Virus record (IMG/VR): IMGVR_UViG_2706794668_000002
Reading direction: 5' to 3' (one strand)
DNA from: a virus
Lineage: Duplodnaviria; Heunggongvirae; Uroviricota; Caudoviricetes
Length of the DNA: 25,358 nt
The notes under the pieces are model-generated. The model was given only the letters and a program-made list of their open reading frames with translations, searched no databases and was not told the origin of the DNA. Position 1 is the first letter of the stretch. Every line of letters starts with the position of its first letter. The position numbers and the translations under genes are program-made. Positions 1-11,747 of the stretch are shown piece after piece.

Positions 1-200
1 CCACGGGAATATCTGCGGCAGCGGGCTTGTAATGGGTTAAGTGATAACAGATGTCTGGAAATATAGGGGCAAATCCAATCGTCGCCGTATTCCCGTATTA
101 ACAGAGACCGTAGCCCGACGGGGAACTCCTTCTGCGCGAGTGTGCGGGAATAATCAAAAACGATGCACACCGGGGTTACCGGGTACACATATTTCATCAT
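1..200 (-). CDS. possible leftward ORF, hypothetical protein; start ATG at 200, C-terminus lies beyond the window start
   Basis: Minus-strand frame is open for 66 codons from ATG at 200 to position 1 (MMKYVYPVTPVCIVFDYSRTLAQKEFPVGLRSLLIREYGDDW...). Same frame and direction as the leftward gene ending at 246. Not in the ORF track (no stop inside window). No recognisable family and weak RBS, so tentative. Confidence 0.25.
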   Translation of the reverse strand, partial: MMKYVYPVTPVCIVFDYSRTLAQKEFPVGLRSLLIREYGDDWICPYISRHLLSLNPLQARCRRYSR

Positions 201-245
201 GCCAGCGAGTCCGGTTCTGGCACGGAAGAAACCGGACGTTATGAT

Positions 246-656
246 TTAGTGCGGAAATATTTGTGTAGTGTTCTGTATGTTCTCAGTAAAGAGTAATGAA
301 TTATCAAAGGTATAGTAATACCTTTTGTTTTCGTGGATATTTGTAATCCATCTGAAAACCCCTGCTGTAGCAAGATTTTTCCTGTATTCGTAAAATGATA
401 ACTCTCCTGATTTGAATCCTTTTAAGGTGGCTTCTATAAGGCATTTATTTTTTGAAAATCTTACATTTACAACCTTACCCTGTCCTTTTATTAAAACCGT
501 ATTATCGTTTTCAAGAACAAGATGAATATTCTCTGTGGCTAAATAGTAAATGTAATGTGAGACATTGTGACGTTTTAGTTCAGAATAAAACCAGTGATAG
601 TTTAAATTATTTCGCACTTTATCGAATATTTGTTTAAAAATGGCAACCTGAGCCAT
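246..656 (-). CDS. hypothetical protein, AT-rich moron between lysis region and cos (136 aa if started at MAQVAIFKQ...)
   Basis: ORF track 246..671 (-). The second in-frame ATG at 656 is preceded by GGAAGG with a 7-nt spacer, so 656 is the preferred start. Composition is visibly AT-rich relative to the phage structural genes. Size and position resemble the small 'putative envelope protein' ORFs found between bor and cos in lambdoid prophages, but I cannot confirm family from memory. Confidence 0.65.
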   Translation of the reverse strand: MAQVAIFKQIFDKVRNNLNYHWFYSELKRHNVSHYIYYLATENIHLVLENDNTVLIKGQGKVVNVRFSKNKCLIEATLKGFKSGELSFYEYRKNLATAGVFRWITNIHENKRYYYTFDNSLLFTENIQNTTQIFPH

Positions 657-713
657 TGTAGTACCTTCCATGTGATATGAGGGGGCGTAGTCTGCACGAT
701 TATCTAAATTGCT

Positions 714-947
714 TCAATCTGGTCTAACCTGTTTTCTGAGCAATTCAGTAATGTCACTCTTTTCTTTGTTTGCTTCAGGCGAAACTCTTTTTTCTGAGCA
801 CAGTCTCCGGCGGCAGGCTTCAATGACCCAGGCTGAGAAATTCCCGGACCCTTTTTGAACAAGAGCGATGTTAATTTGTTCAATCATTTGGTTAGGAAAG
901 CGGATGTTGCGGGTTGTTGTTCTGCGGGTTCTGTTCTTCGTTGACAT
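714..947 (-). CDS. small ribbon-helix-helix-like DNA-binding protein (lambda right-end orf / DUF3950-like)
   Basis: 77-aa ORF MSTKNRTRRTTTRNIRFPNQMIEQINIALVQKGSGNFSAWVIEACRRRL... The N-terminal two thirds match my recollection of the small leftward ORF at the right end of lambda just before cos. The pattern of a basic strand (RNIRFP) followed by two helices is typical of Arc/CopG-type RHH folds. The C-terminal tail differs from the lambda version as I recall it. Confidence 0.75.
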   Translation of the reverse strand: MSTKNRTRRTTTRNIRFPNQMIEQINIALVQKGSGNFSAWVIEACRRRLCSEKRVSPEANKEKSDITELLRKQVRPD

Positions 948-1116
948 GAGGTTGCCCTGTATTCAGTGTCGCTGATTTGTATTGTCTGAAGTTGTTTTTA
1001 CGTTAAGTTGATGCAGATCAATTAATACGATACCTGCGTCATAATTGATTATTTGACGTGGTTTGATGGCGTAGATGCACGTTGTGACATGTAGATGATA
1101 ATTATTATCATTTTGC

Positions 1117-1320
1117 GGGTCCTTTCCGGCGATCCGACAGGTTACGGGGCGGAAGGCGCGCGGGTTTTCGCTATTTATGACAATTTTCCGGTTTAAGGCG
1201 TTTCCGTTCTTCTTCGCCGTAACCTAATGTTTTTATTTAAAACACCCCCTGAAAAGAAAGGAAACGACAGGTGCTGAAAACGGGCTTTTTGGCCTCTGTC
1301 GTTTCCTTTCTCTGTTTTTG
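1117..1320 (+). other. cos: cos site in joined form: cosQ-like GGGTCCT (1117-1123), cosN core (about 1141-1164, cohesive-end equivalent 1147-1158), cosB with Nu1-binding R elements (R3 about 1198-1216; R2 1257-1270 and R1 1297-1310 as an inverted pair) and an AT-rich IHF-type segment (1221-1245)
   Basis: Sequence 961-1146 matches the lambda right end (...GATCCGACAGGTTACG) and 1159-1335 matches the lambda left end (CGCGGGTTTTCGCTATTTATGA...GGAAACGACAG...CTGTCGTTTCC...) directly upstream of Nu1. GGAAACGACAG and CTGTCGTTTCC form an inverted repeat visible in the sequence. Confidence 0.85.
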
Positions 1321-1335
1321 TCCGTGGAATGAACA

Positions 1336-1855
1336 ATGGAAGTCAACAAAAAGCAGCTGGCTGACATTTTCGGTGCGAGTATCCGTACCATTCAGAACTG
1401 GCAGGAACAGGGAATGCCCGTTCTGCGAGGCGGTGGCAAGGGTAATGAGGTGCTTTATGACTCTGCCGCCGTTATAAGATGGTATGCCGAAAGGGATGCT
1501 GAAATTGAGAACGAAAAGCTGCGCCGGGAAGTTGAAGAACTGCGGCAGGCCAGCGAGACAGATCTCCAGCCAGGGACTATTGAGTACGAACGCCATCGAC
1601 TTACGCGTGCGCAGGCCGACGCACAGGAGCTGAAAAATGCCAGAGACTCCGCTGAAGTGGTGGAAACCGCATTCTGTACTTTCGTGCTGTCGCGGATCGC
1701 AGGTGAAATTGCCAGTATTCTCGACGGGATCCCCCTGTCGGTGCAGCGGCGTTTTCCGGAACTGGAAAACCGACATGTTGATTTCCTGAAACGGGATATC
1801 ATCAAAGCCATGAACAAAGCAGCCGCGCTGGATGAACTGATACCGGGGTTGCTGA

Positions 1856-1881
<26 letters not shown>
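1336..1881 (+). CDS. nu1: terminase small subunit Nu1
   Basis: 181-aa ORF MEVNKKQLADIFGASIRTIQNWQEQGMPVLRGGGKGNEVLYDSAAV... is essentially the lambda gpNu1 sequence, same length, with an N-terminal winged-HTH. Its end overlaps the start of A. Confidence 0.95.
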
Positions 1882-5615
<3,734 letters not shown>

Positions 5616-5635
<20 letters not shown>

Positions 5636-6935
5636 TCTCCCGCATATTGCCAGCATGGCTTTTAATGAGCCGCTGATGCTTGAACCCGCCTATGCGCGGG
5701 TTTTCTTTTGTGCGCTTGCAGGCCAGCTTGGGATCAGCTGCCTGACGGATGCAGTATCCGGCGACAGCCTGACTGCCGGAGAGGCACCCGCGGCGCTGGC
5801 GTTATCCGGTGATGATGACGGACCACGACAGGCCCGCAGTTATCAGGTAATGAACGGCATCGCCGTGCTGCCGGTGTCCGGCACGCTGGTCAGCCGGACG
5901 CGGGCGCTGCAGCCGTACTCGGGGATGACCGGTTACAACGGCATTATCGCCCGTCTGCAACAGGCTGCCAGCGACCCGATGGTGGACGGCATTCTGCTCG
6001 ATATGGACACACCGGGCGGAATGGTGGCGGGAGCATTTGACTGCGCTGACATCATCGCCCGTGTGCGTGACATAAAGCCGGTATGGGCGCTGGCCAATGA
6101 CATGAACTGCAGCGCAGGTCAGCTGCTTGCCAGTGCCGCCTCCCGGCGTCTGGTCACGCAGACCGCCCGGACAGGCTCCATCGGCGTCATGATGGCTCAC
6201 AGTAATTACGGCGCTGCACTGGAGAAACAGGGCGTGGAAATCACGCTGATTTACAGCGGCAGCCATAAGGTGGATGGCAACCCCTACAGCCATCTACCGG
6301 ATGATGTCCGGGAAACATTGCAGTCCCGGATGGATGCAACCCGCCGGATGTTTGCACAGAAGGTGTCGGCATATACCGGCCTGTCCGTGCAGGCTGTGCT
6401 GGATACCGAGGCTGCAGTGTACAGCGGTCAGGAGGCCATTGATGCCGGACTGGCTGATGAACTTGTTAACAGTACCGATGCGATCACCGTCATGCGTGAT
6501 GCACTGGATGCACGTAAATCCCGTCTCTCAGGAGGGCGAATGACCAAAGAGACTCAATCAACAACTGTTTCAGCCACTGCTTCGCAGGCTGACGTTACTG
6601 GCGTGGTGCAAGCGACGGAGGGCGAGAACGCCAGCGCGGCGCAGCCGGACGTGAACGCGCAGATCACCGCAGCGGTTGCGGCAGAAAACAGTCGCATTAT
6701 GGGGATCCTCAACTGTGAGGAGGCTCACGGACGCGAAGAACAGGCACGCGTGCTGGCCGAAACCCCCGGTATGACCGTGGAAACGGCCCGCCGTATTCTG
6801 GCCGCAGCACCACAGAGTGCACAGACGCGCAGTGACACTGCGCTGGATCGTCTGATGCAGGGGGCACCGGCACCGCTGGCTGCAGGTAACCCGGCATCTG
6901 ATGCCGTTAACGATTTGCTGAACACACCAGTGTAA
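5616..6935 (+). CDS. C: head maturation protease / scaffold C (GTG start)
   Basis: The ORF track frame begins at 5481, but the lambda gpC N-terminus (M)TAELRNLPHIASMAFNEPLMLEPAYARVFF starts at GTG 5616, which is preceded by GAGGAGGAGAAGA. This gives 439 aa, the lambda gpC length. ClpP-like S49 peptidase region follows. Confidence 0.92.
6330..6935 (+). CDS. nu3: scaffolding protein Nu3, in-frame internal start within C
   Basis: In-frame ATG at 6330 (MDATRRMFAQKVSAYTGLSV...) sharing the C stop. Called by analogy with lambda, where Nu3 is the nested C-terminal product of the C frame. Confidence 0.6.
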   Translation: MDATRRMFAQKVSAYTGLSVQAVLDTEAAVYSGQEAIDAGLADELVNSTDAITVMRDALDARKSRLSGGRMTKETQSTTVSATASQADVTGVVQATEGENASAAQPDVNAQITAAVAAENSRIMGILNCEEAHGREEQARVLAETPGMTVETARRILAAAPQSAQTRSDTALDRLMQGAPAPLAAGNPASDAVNDLLNTPV

Positions 6936-6944
6936 GGGATGTTT

Positions 6945-7277
6945 ATGACGAGCAAAGAAACCTTTACCCATTACCAGCCGCTGGGCAATAGTGACCCGGC
7001 TCATACCGCAACCGCGCCCGGCGGATTGAGTGCGAAAGCGCCTGCAATGACCCCGCTGATGCTGGACACCTCCACCCGTAAGCTGGTTGCGTGGGATGGC
7101 ACCACCGACGGTGCTGCCGTTGGCATTCTTGCGGTTGCTGCTGACCAGACCAGCACCACACTGACGTTCTACAAGTCCGGCACGTTCCGTTATGAGGATG
7201 TGCTCTGGCCGGAGGCTGCCAGCGACGAGACGAAAAAACGGACCGTGTTTGCCGGAACGGCAATCAGCATCGTTTAA
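6945..7277 (+). CDS. D: head decoration protein D
   Basis: [42 protein letters not shown]... 110 aa from ATG 6945, matching lambda gpD. The ORF track starts 6 nt earlier at an upstream ATG. Confidence 0.95.
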   Translation: MTSKETFTHYQPLGNSDPAHTATAPGGLSAKAPAMTPLMLDTSTRKLVAWDGTTDGAAVGILAVAADQTSTTLTFYKSGTFRYEDVLWPEAASDETKKRTVFAGTAISIV

Positions 7278-7332
7278 CTTTACCCTTCATCACTAAAGGC
7301 CGCCTGTGTGGCTTTTTTTACGGGATTTTTTT

Positions 7333-8358
7333 ATGTCGATGTACACAACCGCCCAGCTGCTGGCGGCAAATGAGCAGAAATTTAAGTTTGATCCGCTGTT
7401 TCTGCGTCTCTTTTTCCGTGAGAGCTATCCCTTCACTACGGAGAAAGTCTATCTCTCACAAATTCCGGGACTGGTAAACATGGCGCTGTACGTTTCGCCG
7501 ATTGTTTCCGGTGAGGTTATCCGTTCCCGTGGCGGCTCCACCTCTGAATTTACGCCGGGATATGTCAAACCCAAGCATGAGGTGAATCCGCAGATGACCC
7601 TGCGTCGCCTGCCGGATGAAGATCCGCAGAATCTGGCGGACCCGGCTTACCGCCGCCGTCGCATCATCATGCAGAACATGCGTGACGAAGAGCTGGCCAT
7701 TGCTCAGGTCGAAGAGATGCAGGCAGTTTCTGCCGTGCTCAAGGGCAAATACACCATGACCGGTGAAGCCTTCGATCCGGTTGAGGTGGATATGGGCCGC
7801 AGTGCGGCGAACAACATCACACAGTCCGGCGTCACGGAGTGGAGCAAGCGTGACAAGTCCACGTATGACCCGACCGACGATATCGAAGCCTACGCGCTGA
7901 ACGCCAGCGGTGTGGTGAATATCATCGTGTTTGACCCGAAAGGCTGGGCGCTGTTCCGTTCCTTCAAAGCCGTCAAGGAGAAGCTGGATACCCGTCGCGG
8001 CTCTCATTCCGAGCTGGAGACAGCGGTAAAAGACCTGGGCAAAGCGGTGTCCTATAAGGGAATGTATGGCGATGTGGCCATCGTCGTGTATTCCGGACAG
8101 TACGTGGAAAACGGCGTCAAAAAGAACTTCCTGCCGGACAACACGATGGTGCTGGGGAACACTCAGGCTCGCGGTCTGCGCACCTATGGCTGCATTCAGG
8201 ATGCGGACGCACAGCGCGAAGGCATTAACGCTTCTGCCCGTTACCCGAAAAACTGGGTGACCACCGGCGATCCGGCGCGTGAGTTCACCATGATTCAGTC
8301 AGCACCGCTGATGCTGCTGGCTGATCCTGATGAGTTCGTGTCCGTTCAACTGGCGTAA
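7333..8358 (+). CDS. E: major capsid protein E
   Basis: MSMYTTAQLLAANEQKFKFDPLFLRLFFRESYPFTTEKVYLSQIPGLVNMALYVSPIVSGEV... 341 aa from ATG 7333, matching lambda gpE. The track ORF begins at an upstream in-frame ATG at 7306. Confidence 0.95.
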   Translation: MSMYTTAQLLAANEQKFKFDPLFLRLFFRESYPFTTEKVYLSQIPGLVNMALYVSPIVSGEVIRSRGGSTSEFTPGYVKPKHEVNPQMTLRRLPDEDPQNLADPAYRRRRIIMQNMRDEELAIAQVEEMQAVSAVLKGKYTMTGEAFDPVEVDMGRSAANNITQSGVTEWSKRDKSTYDPTDDIEAYALNASGVVNIIVFDPKGWALFRSFKAVKEKLDTRRGSHSELETAVKDLGKAVSYKGMYGDVAIVVYSGQYVENGVKKNFLPDNTMVLGNTQARGLRTYGCIQDADAQREGINASARYPKNWVTTGDPAREFTMIQSAPLMLLADPDEFVSVQLA

Positions 8359-8399
8359 TCATGGCCCTTCGGGGCCATTTTCTCTCTGTGGAGGAGTTC

Positions 8400-8798
8400 A
8401 TGACGAAAGATGAACTGATTGCCCGTCTTCAGGAGCTGGGTGAGCAATTGAACCGCGATGTCAGTTTGACGGGAACGAAAGAAGAACTGGCGCTTCGTGT
8501 GGCAGAGCTGGAAGAAGAGCTTGATGACACGGATGAAACTGCCGGTCAGGACACCCCTCTCAGCCGGGAAAATGTGCTGACCGGGCATGAAAATGAGGTG
8601 GTATCAGCGCAGCCGGATACCGTGATTCAGGATACGGCTGAACTGGTCACGGTCGTGGCACTGGTGACGCTGCATACTGATGCACTTCACGCCACGCGGG
8701 ATAAACCTGTGGCATTTGTGCTGCCGGGAACGGCGTTTCGTGTCTCTGCCGGTGTGGCAGCCGAAATGACAGAGCGCGGCCTGGCCAGAATGCAATAA
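8400..8798 (+). CDS. FI: DNA packaging / head assembly protein FI
   Basis: MTKDELIARLQELGEQLNRDVSLTGTKEELALRVAELEEELDDTDETAGQD... 132 aa from ATG 8400 with GGAGGAG upstream, matching lambda gpFI. Confidence 0.95.
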   Translation: MTKDELIARLQELGEQLNRDVSLTGTKEELALRVAELEEELDDTDETAGQDTPLSRENVLTGHENEVVSAQPDTVIQDTAELVTVVALVTLHTDALHATRDKPVAFVLPGTAFRVSAGVAAEMTERGLARMQ

Positions 8799-8809
8799 CG
8801 GGAGGCGCT

Positions 8810-9163
8810 GTGGCTGATTTCGATAACCTGTTCGATGCTGCCATTGCCCGCGCCGATGAAACGATACGCGGGTACATGGGAACGTCAGCCACCATGACAT
8901 CCGGTGAGCAGTCAGGTGCGGTGATACGTGGTGTTTTTGATGACCCTGAAAATATCAGCTATGCCGGACAGGGCGTGCGCGTTGAAGGCTCCAGCCCGTC
9001 CCTGTTTGTCCGGACTGATGAGGTGCGGCAGCTGCGGCGTGGAGACACGCTGACCATCGGTGAGGAAAATTTCTGGGTAGATCGGGTTTCGCCGGATGAT
9101 GGCGGAAGTTGTCATCTCTGGCTTGGACGGGGCGTACCGCCTGCCGTTAACCGTCGCCGCTGA
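8810..9163 (+). CDS. FII: head-tail connector protein FII (GTG start)
   Basis: (M)ADFDNLFDAAIARADETIRGYMGTSATMTSGEQSGAVIRGVFDDPENISY... 117 aa, matching lambda gpFII. GGGAGG lies upstream of the GTG. Confidence 0.93.
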   Translation: MADFDNLFDAAIARADETIRGYMGTSATMTSGEQSGAVIRGVFDDPENISYAGQGVRVEGSSPSLFVRTDEVRQLRRGDTLTIGEENFWVDRVSPDDGGSCHLWLGRGVPPAVNRRR

Positions 9164-9174
9164 AAGGGGGATGT

Positions 9175-9753
9175 ATGGCCATAAAAGGTCTTGAGCAGGC
9201 CGTTGAAAACCTCAGCCGTATCAGCAAAACGGCGGTGCCCGGTGCCGCCGCAATGGCCATTAACCGCGTTGCTTCATCCGCGATATCGCAGTCTGCGTCA
9301 CAGGTTGCCCGTGAGACAAAGGTACGCCGGAAACTGGTAAAGGAAAGGGCCAGGCTGAAAAGGGCCACGGTCAAAAATCCGCAGGCCAGAATCAAAGTTA
9401 ACCGGGGGGATTTGCCCGTAATCAAGCTGGGTAATGCGCGGGTTGTCCTGTCCCGCCGCAGGCGTCATAAAAAGGGGCAGCGTTCATCCCTGAAAGGTGG
9501 CGGCAGCGTGCTTGTGGTGGGTAACCGTCGTATTCCCGGCGCGTTTATTCAGCAACTGAAAAACGGCCGGTGGCATGTTATGCAGCGTGTGGCCGGGAAA
9601 AACCGTTACCCCATTGATGTGGTGAAAATCCCGATGGCGGTGCCGCTGACCACGGCGTTTAAACAGAATATTGAACGGATACGGCGTGAACGTCTTCCGA
9701 AAGAGCTGGGCTATGCGCTGCAGCATCAACTGAGAATGGTAATAAAGCGATGA
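9175..9753 (+). CDS. Z: tail completion protein Z
   Basis: 192-aa ORF MAIKGLEQAVENLSRISKTAVPGAAAMAINRVASSAISQSASQVARETKVRRKLVKERARLKRA... matches lambda gpZ. Confidence 0.95.
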   Translation: MAIKGLEQAVENLSRISKTAVPGAAAMAINRVASSAISQSASQVARETKVRRKLVKERARLKRATVKNPQARIKVNRGDLPVIKLGNARVVLSRRRRHKKGQRSSLKGGGSVLVVGNRRIPGAFIQQLKNGRWHVMQRVAGKNRYPIDVVKIPMAVPLTTAFKQNIERIRRERLPKELGYALQHQLRMVIKR

Positions 9754-10145
9754 AACATACTGAACTCCGTGCAGCCGTACTGGATGCACTGGAGAAGCAT
9801 GACACCGGGGCGACGCTTTTTGATGGTCGCCCCGCTGTTTTTGATGAGGAAGATTTTCCGGCAATTGCCGTTTATCTCACCGGCGCTGAATACACGGGCG
9901 AAGAGCTGGACAGCGATACCTGGCAGGCGGAGCTGCATATTGAAGTTTTCCTGCCTGCTCAGGTGCCGGATTCAGAGCTGGATTCGTGGATGGAGTCCCG
10001 GATTTATCCTGTGATGAGCGATATCCCGGCACTGTCAGATTTGATCACCAGTATGGTGGCCAGCGGCTATGACTACCGGCGCGACGATGATGCGGGCCTG
10101 TGGAGTTCAGCCGATCTGACTTATGTCATTATCTATGAAATGTGA
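9750..10145 (+). CDS. U: tail terminator protein U
   Basis: 131-aa [70 protein letters not shown]... matches lambda gpU. ATGA overlap with the Z stop. Confidence 0.95.
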   Translation: MKHTELRAAVLDALEKHDTGATLFDGRPAVFDEEDFPAIAVYLTGAEYTGEELDSDTWQAELHIEVFLPAQVPDSELDSWMESRIYPVMSDIPALSDLITSMVASGYDYRRDDDAGLWSSADLTYVIIYEM

Positions 10146-10152
10146 GGACGCT

Positions 10153-10893
10153 ATGCCTGTACCAAATCCTACAATGCCGGTGAAAGGTGCCGGGACCACC
10201 CTGTGGGTTTATAAGGGGAGCGGTGACCCTTATGCGAACCCGCTTTCAGACGTTGACTGGTCGCGTCTGGCAAAAGTTAAAGACCTGACGCCCGGCGAAC
10301 TGACCGCTGAGTCCTATGACGACAGCTATCTCGATGATGAAGATGCAGACTGGACTGCGACCGGGCAGGGGCAGAAATCTGCCGGAGATACCAGCTTCAC
10401 GCTGGCGTGGATGCCCGGAGAGCAGGGGCAGCAGGCGCTGCTGGCGTGGTTTAATGAAGGTGATACCCGTGCCTATAAAATCCGCTTCCCGAACGGCACG
10501 GTCGATGTGTTCCGTGGCTGGGTCAGCAGTATCGGTAAGGCGGTGACGGCGAAGGAGGTGATTACCCGCACGGTGAAGGTCACCAATGTGGGACGTCCGT
10601 CGATGGCAGAAGATCGCAGCACGGTGACGGCGACGACCGGCATGACGGTGACACCCGCCAGTGCTTCCGTAGTGAAAGGGCAGAGCACCACGCTGACCGT
10701 GGCATTCCAGCCGGATGGCGCAACCGACAAGAGCTTCCGTGCGGTGTCTGCGGATAAAACAAAAGCCACCGTGTCGGTCAGTGGTATGACCATCACCGTG
10801 AAAGGTGTTGCTGCAGGCAAGGTCAACATTCCGGTCGTATCTGGTAATGGTGAGTTTGCTGCGGTTGCAGAAATCAACGTCACCGCCAGTTAA
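10153..10893 (+). CDS. V: major tail tube protein V (with C-terminal Ig-like domain)
   Basis: [57 protein letters not shown]... 246 aa from ATG 10153, matching lambda gpV. The track ORF begins at an upstream ATG at 10123. Confidence 0.95.
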   Translation: MPVPNPTMPVKGAGTTLWVYKGSGDPYANPLSDVDWSRLAKVKDLTPGELTAESYDDSYLDDEDADWTATGQGQKSAGDTSFTLAWMPGEQGQQALLAWFNEGDTRAYKIRFPNGTVDVFRGWVSSIGKAVTAKEVITRTVKVTNVGRPSMAEDRSTVTATTGMTVTPASASVVKGQSTTLTVAFQPDGATDKSFRAVSADKTKATVSVSGMTITVKGVAAGKVNIPVVSGNGEFAAVAEINVTAS

Positions 10894-10908
10894 TCCGGAG
10901 AGTCAGCG

Positions 10909-11331
10909 ATGTTCCTGAAAACCGAATCATTTGAACATAACGGTGTGACCGTCACGCTTTCTGAACTGTCAGCCCTGCAGCGTATTGAGCATCTCGACCT
11001 GATGAAACGGCAGGCAGAACAGGCGGAGTCAGACAGCAACCGGAAGTTTACTGTGGAAGACGCCATCAGAACCGGCGCTTTTGTGGTTGCGATGTCCCTG
11101 TGGCATAACCATCCGAAGAAGACGCAGATGCCGTCCATGAATGAAGCCGTTAAACAGATTGAGCAGGAAGTGCTTACCACCTGGCCCACAGAGGCAATTT
11201 CTCATGCTGAAAACGTGGTGTACCGGCTGTCCGGTATGTATGAGTTTGTGGTGAATGATGCTCCTGAACAGGCAGAGGACGCCGGGCCTGCAGAGCCTGT
11301 TTCTGCGGGAAAGTGTTCGACGGTGAGCTGA
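10909..11331 (+). CDS. G: tail assembly chaperone G
   Basis: 140-aa ORF MFLKTESFEHNGVTVTLSELSALQRIEHLDLMKRQAEQAESDSNRKFTVEDAIRTGAFVVAMSLWHNHP... matches lambda gpG. Confidence 0.95.
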   Translation: MFLKTESFEHNGVTVTLSELSALQRIEHLDLMKRQAEQAESDSNRKFTVEDAIRTGAFVVAMSLWHNHPKKTQMPSMNEAVKQIEQEVLTTWPTEAISHAENVVYRLSGMYEFVVNDAPEQAEDAGPAEPVSAGKCSTVS

Positions 11332-11747
11332 GTTTTGCCCTGAAACTGGCGCGTGAGATGGGGCGACCCGACTGGCGCGCCATGCTTGCCGGGATGTCAT
11401 CCACGGAGTATGCCGACTGGCACCGCTTTTACAGTACCCATTATTTTCATGATGTTCTGCTGGATATGCACTTTTCCGGGCTGACGTACACCGTGCTCAG
11501 CCTGTTTTTCAGCGATCCGGAGATGCATCCGCTGGATTTCAGTCTGCTGAACCGGCGCGAGGCTGACGAAGAGCCTGAAGATGATGTGCTGATGCAGAAA
11601 GCGGCAGGGCTTGCCGGAGGTGTCCGCTTTGGCCCGGACGGGAATGAAGTTATCCCCGCTTCCCCGGATGTGGCGGACATGACGGAGGATGACGTAATGC
11701 TGATGACAGTATCAGAAGGGATCGCAGGAGGAGTCCGGTATGGCTGA
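10909..11747 (+). CDS. G-T: tail assembly chaperone G-T fusion made by programmed -1 ribosomal frameshift at 11307-11313; the T frame is 11313..11747
   Basis: The T-frame ORF (…FDGELSFALKLAREMGRPDWRAMLAGMSSTEYADWHRFYSTHYFHDVLLDMHFSGL...) overlaps the 3' end of G in the -1 frame. The slippery heptamer G GGA AAG sits in the overlap, as in lambda G/T. Confidence 0.8.
11307..11313 (+). promoter_or_regulatory. -1 programmed frameshift slippery heptamer GGGAAAG (G to G-T)
   Basis: Heptamer GGGAAAG read as G GGA AAG in the G frame, placed 18 nt before the G stop. The -1 frame continues open as the T frame. Confidence 0.8.

Noticed and set aside
41-244. 67-aa plus-strand ORF at the window start
   Set aside because: Arg-rich, non-protein-like composition with no RBS. 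It overlaps a more plausible minus-strand frame, which is itself only tentative.
7296-7320. Hairpin plus T-run between D and E (AAAGGCCGCCTGTGTGGCTTTTTTT)
   Set aside because: Only a 3-5 bp imperfect stem can be drawn. D and E are co-transcribed at high level, so I do not call a terminator; at most a weak attenuator.
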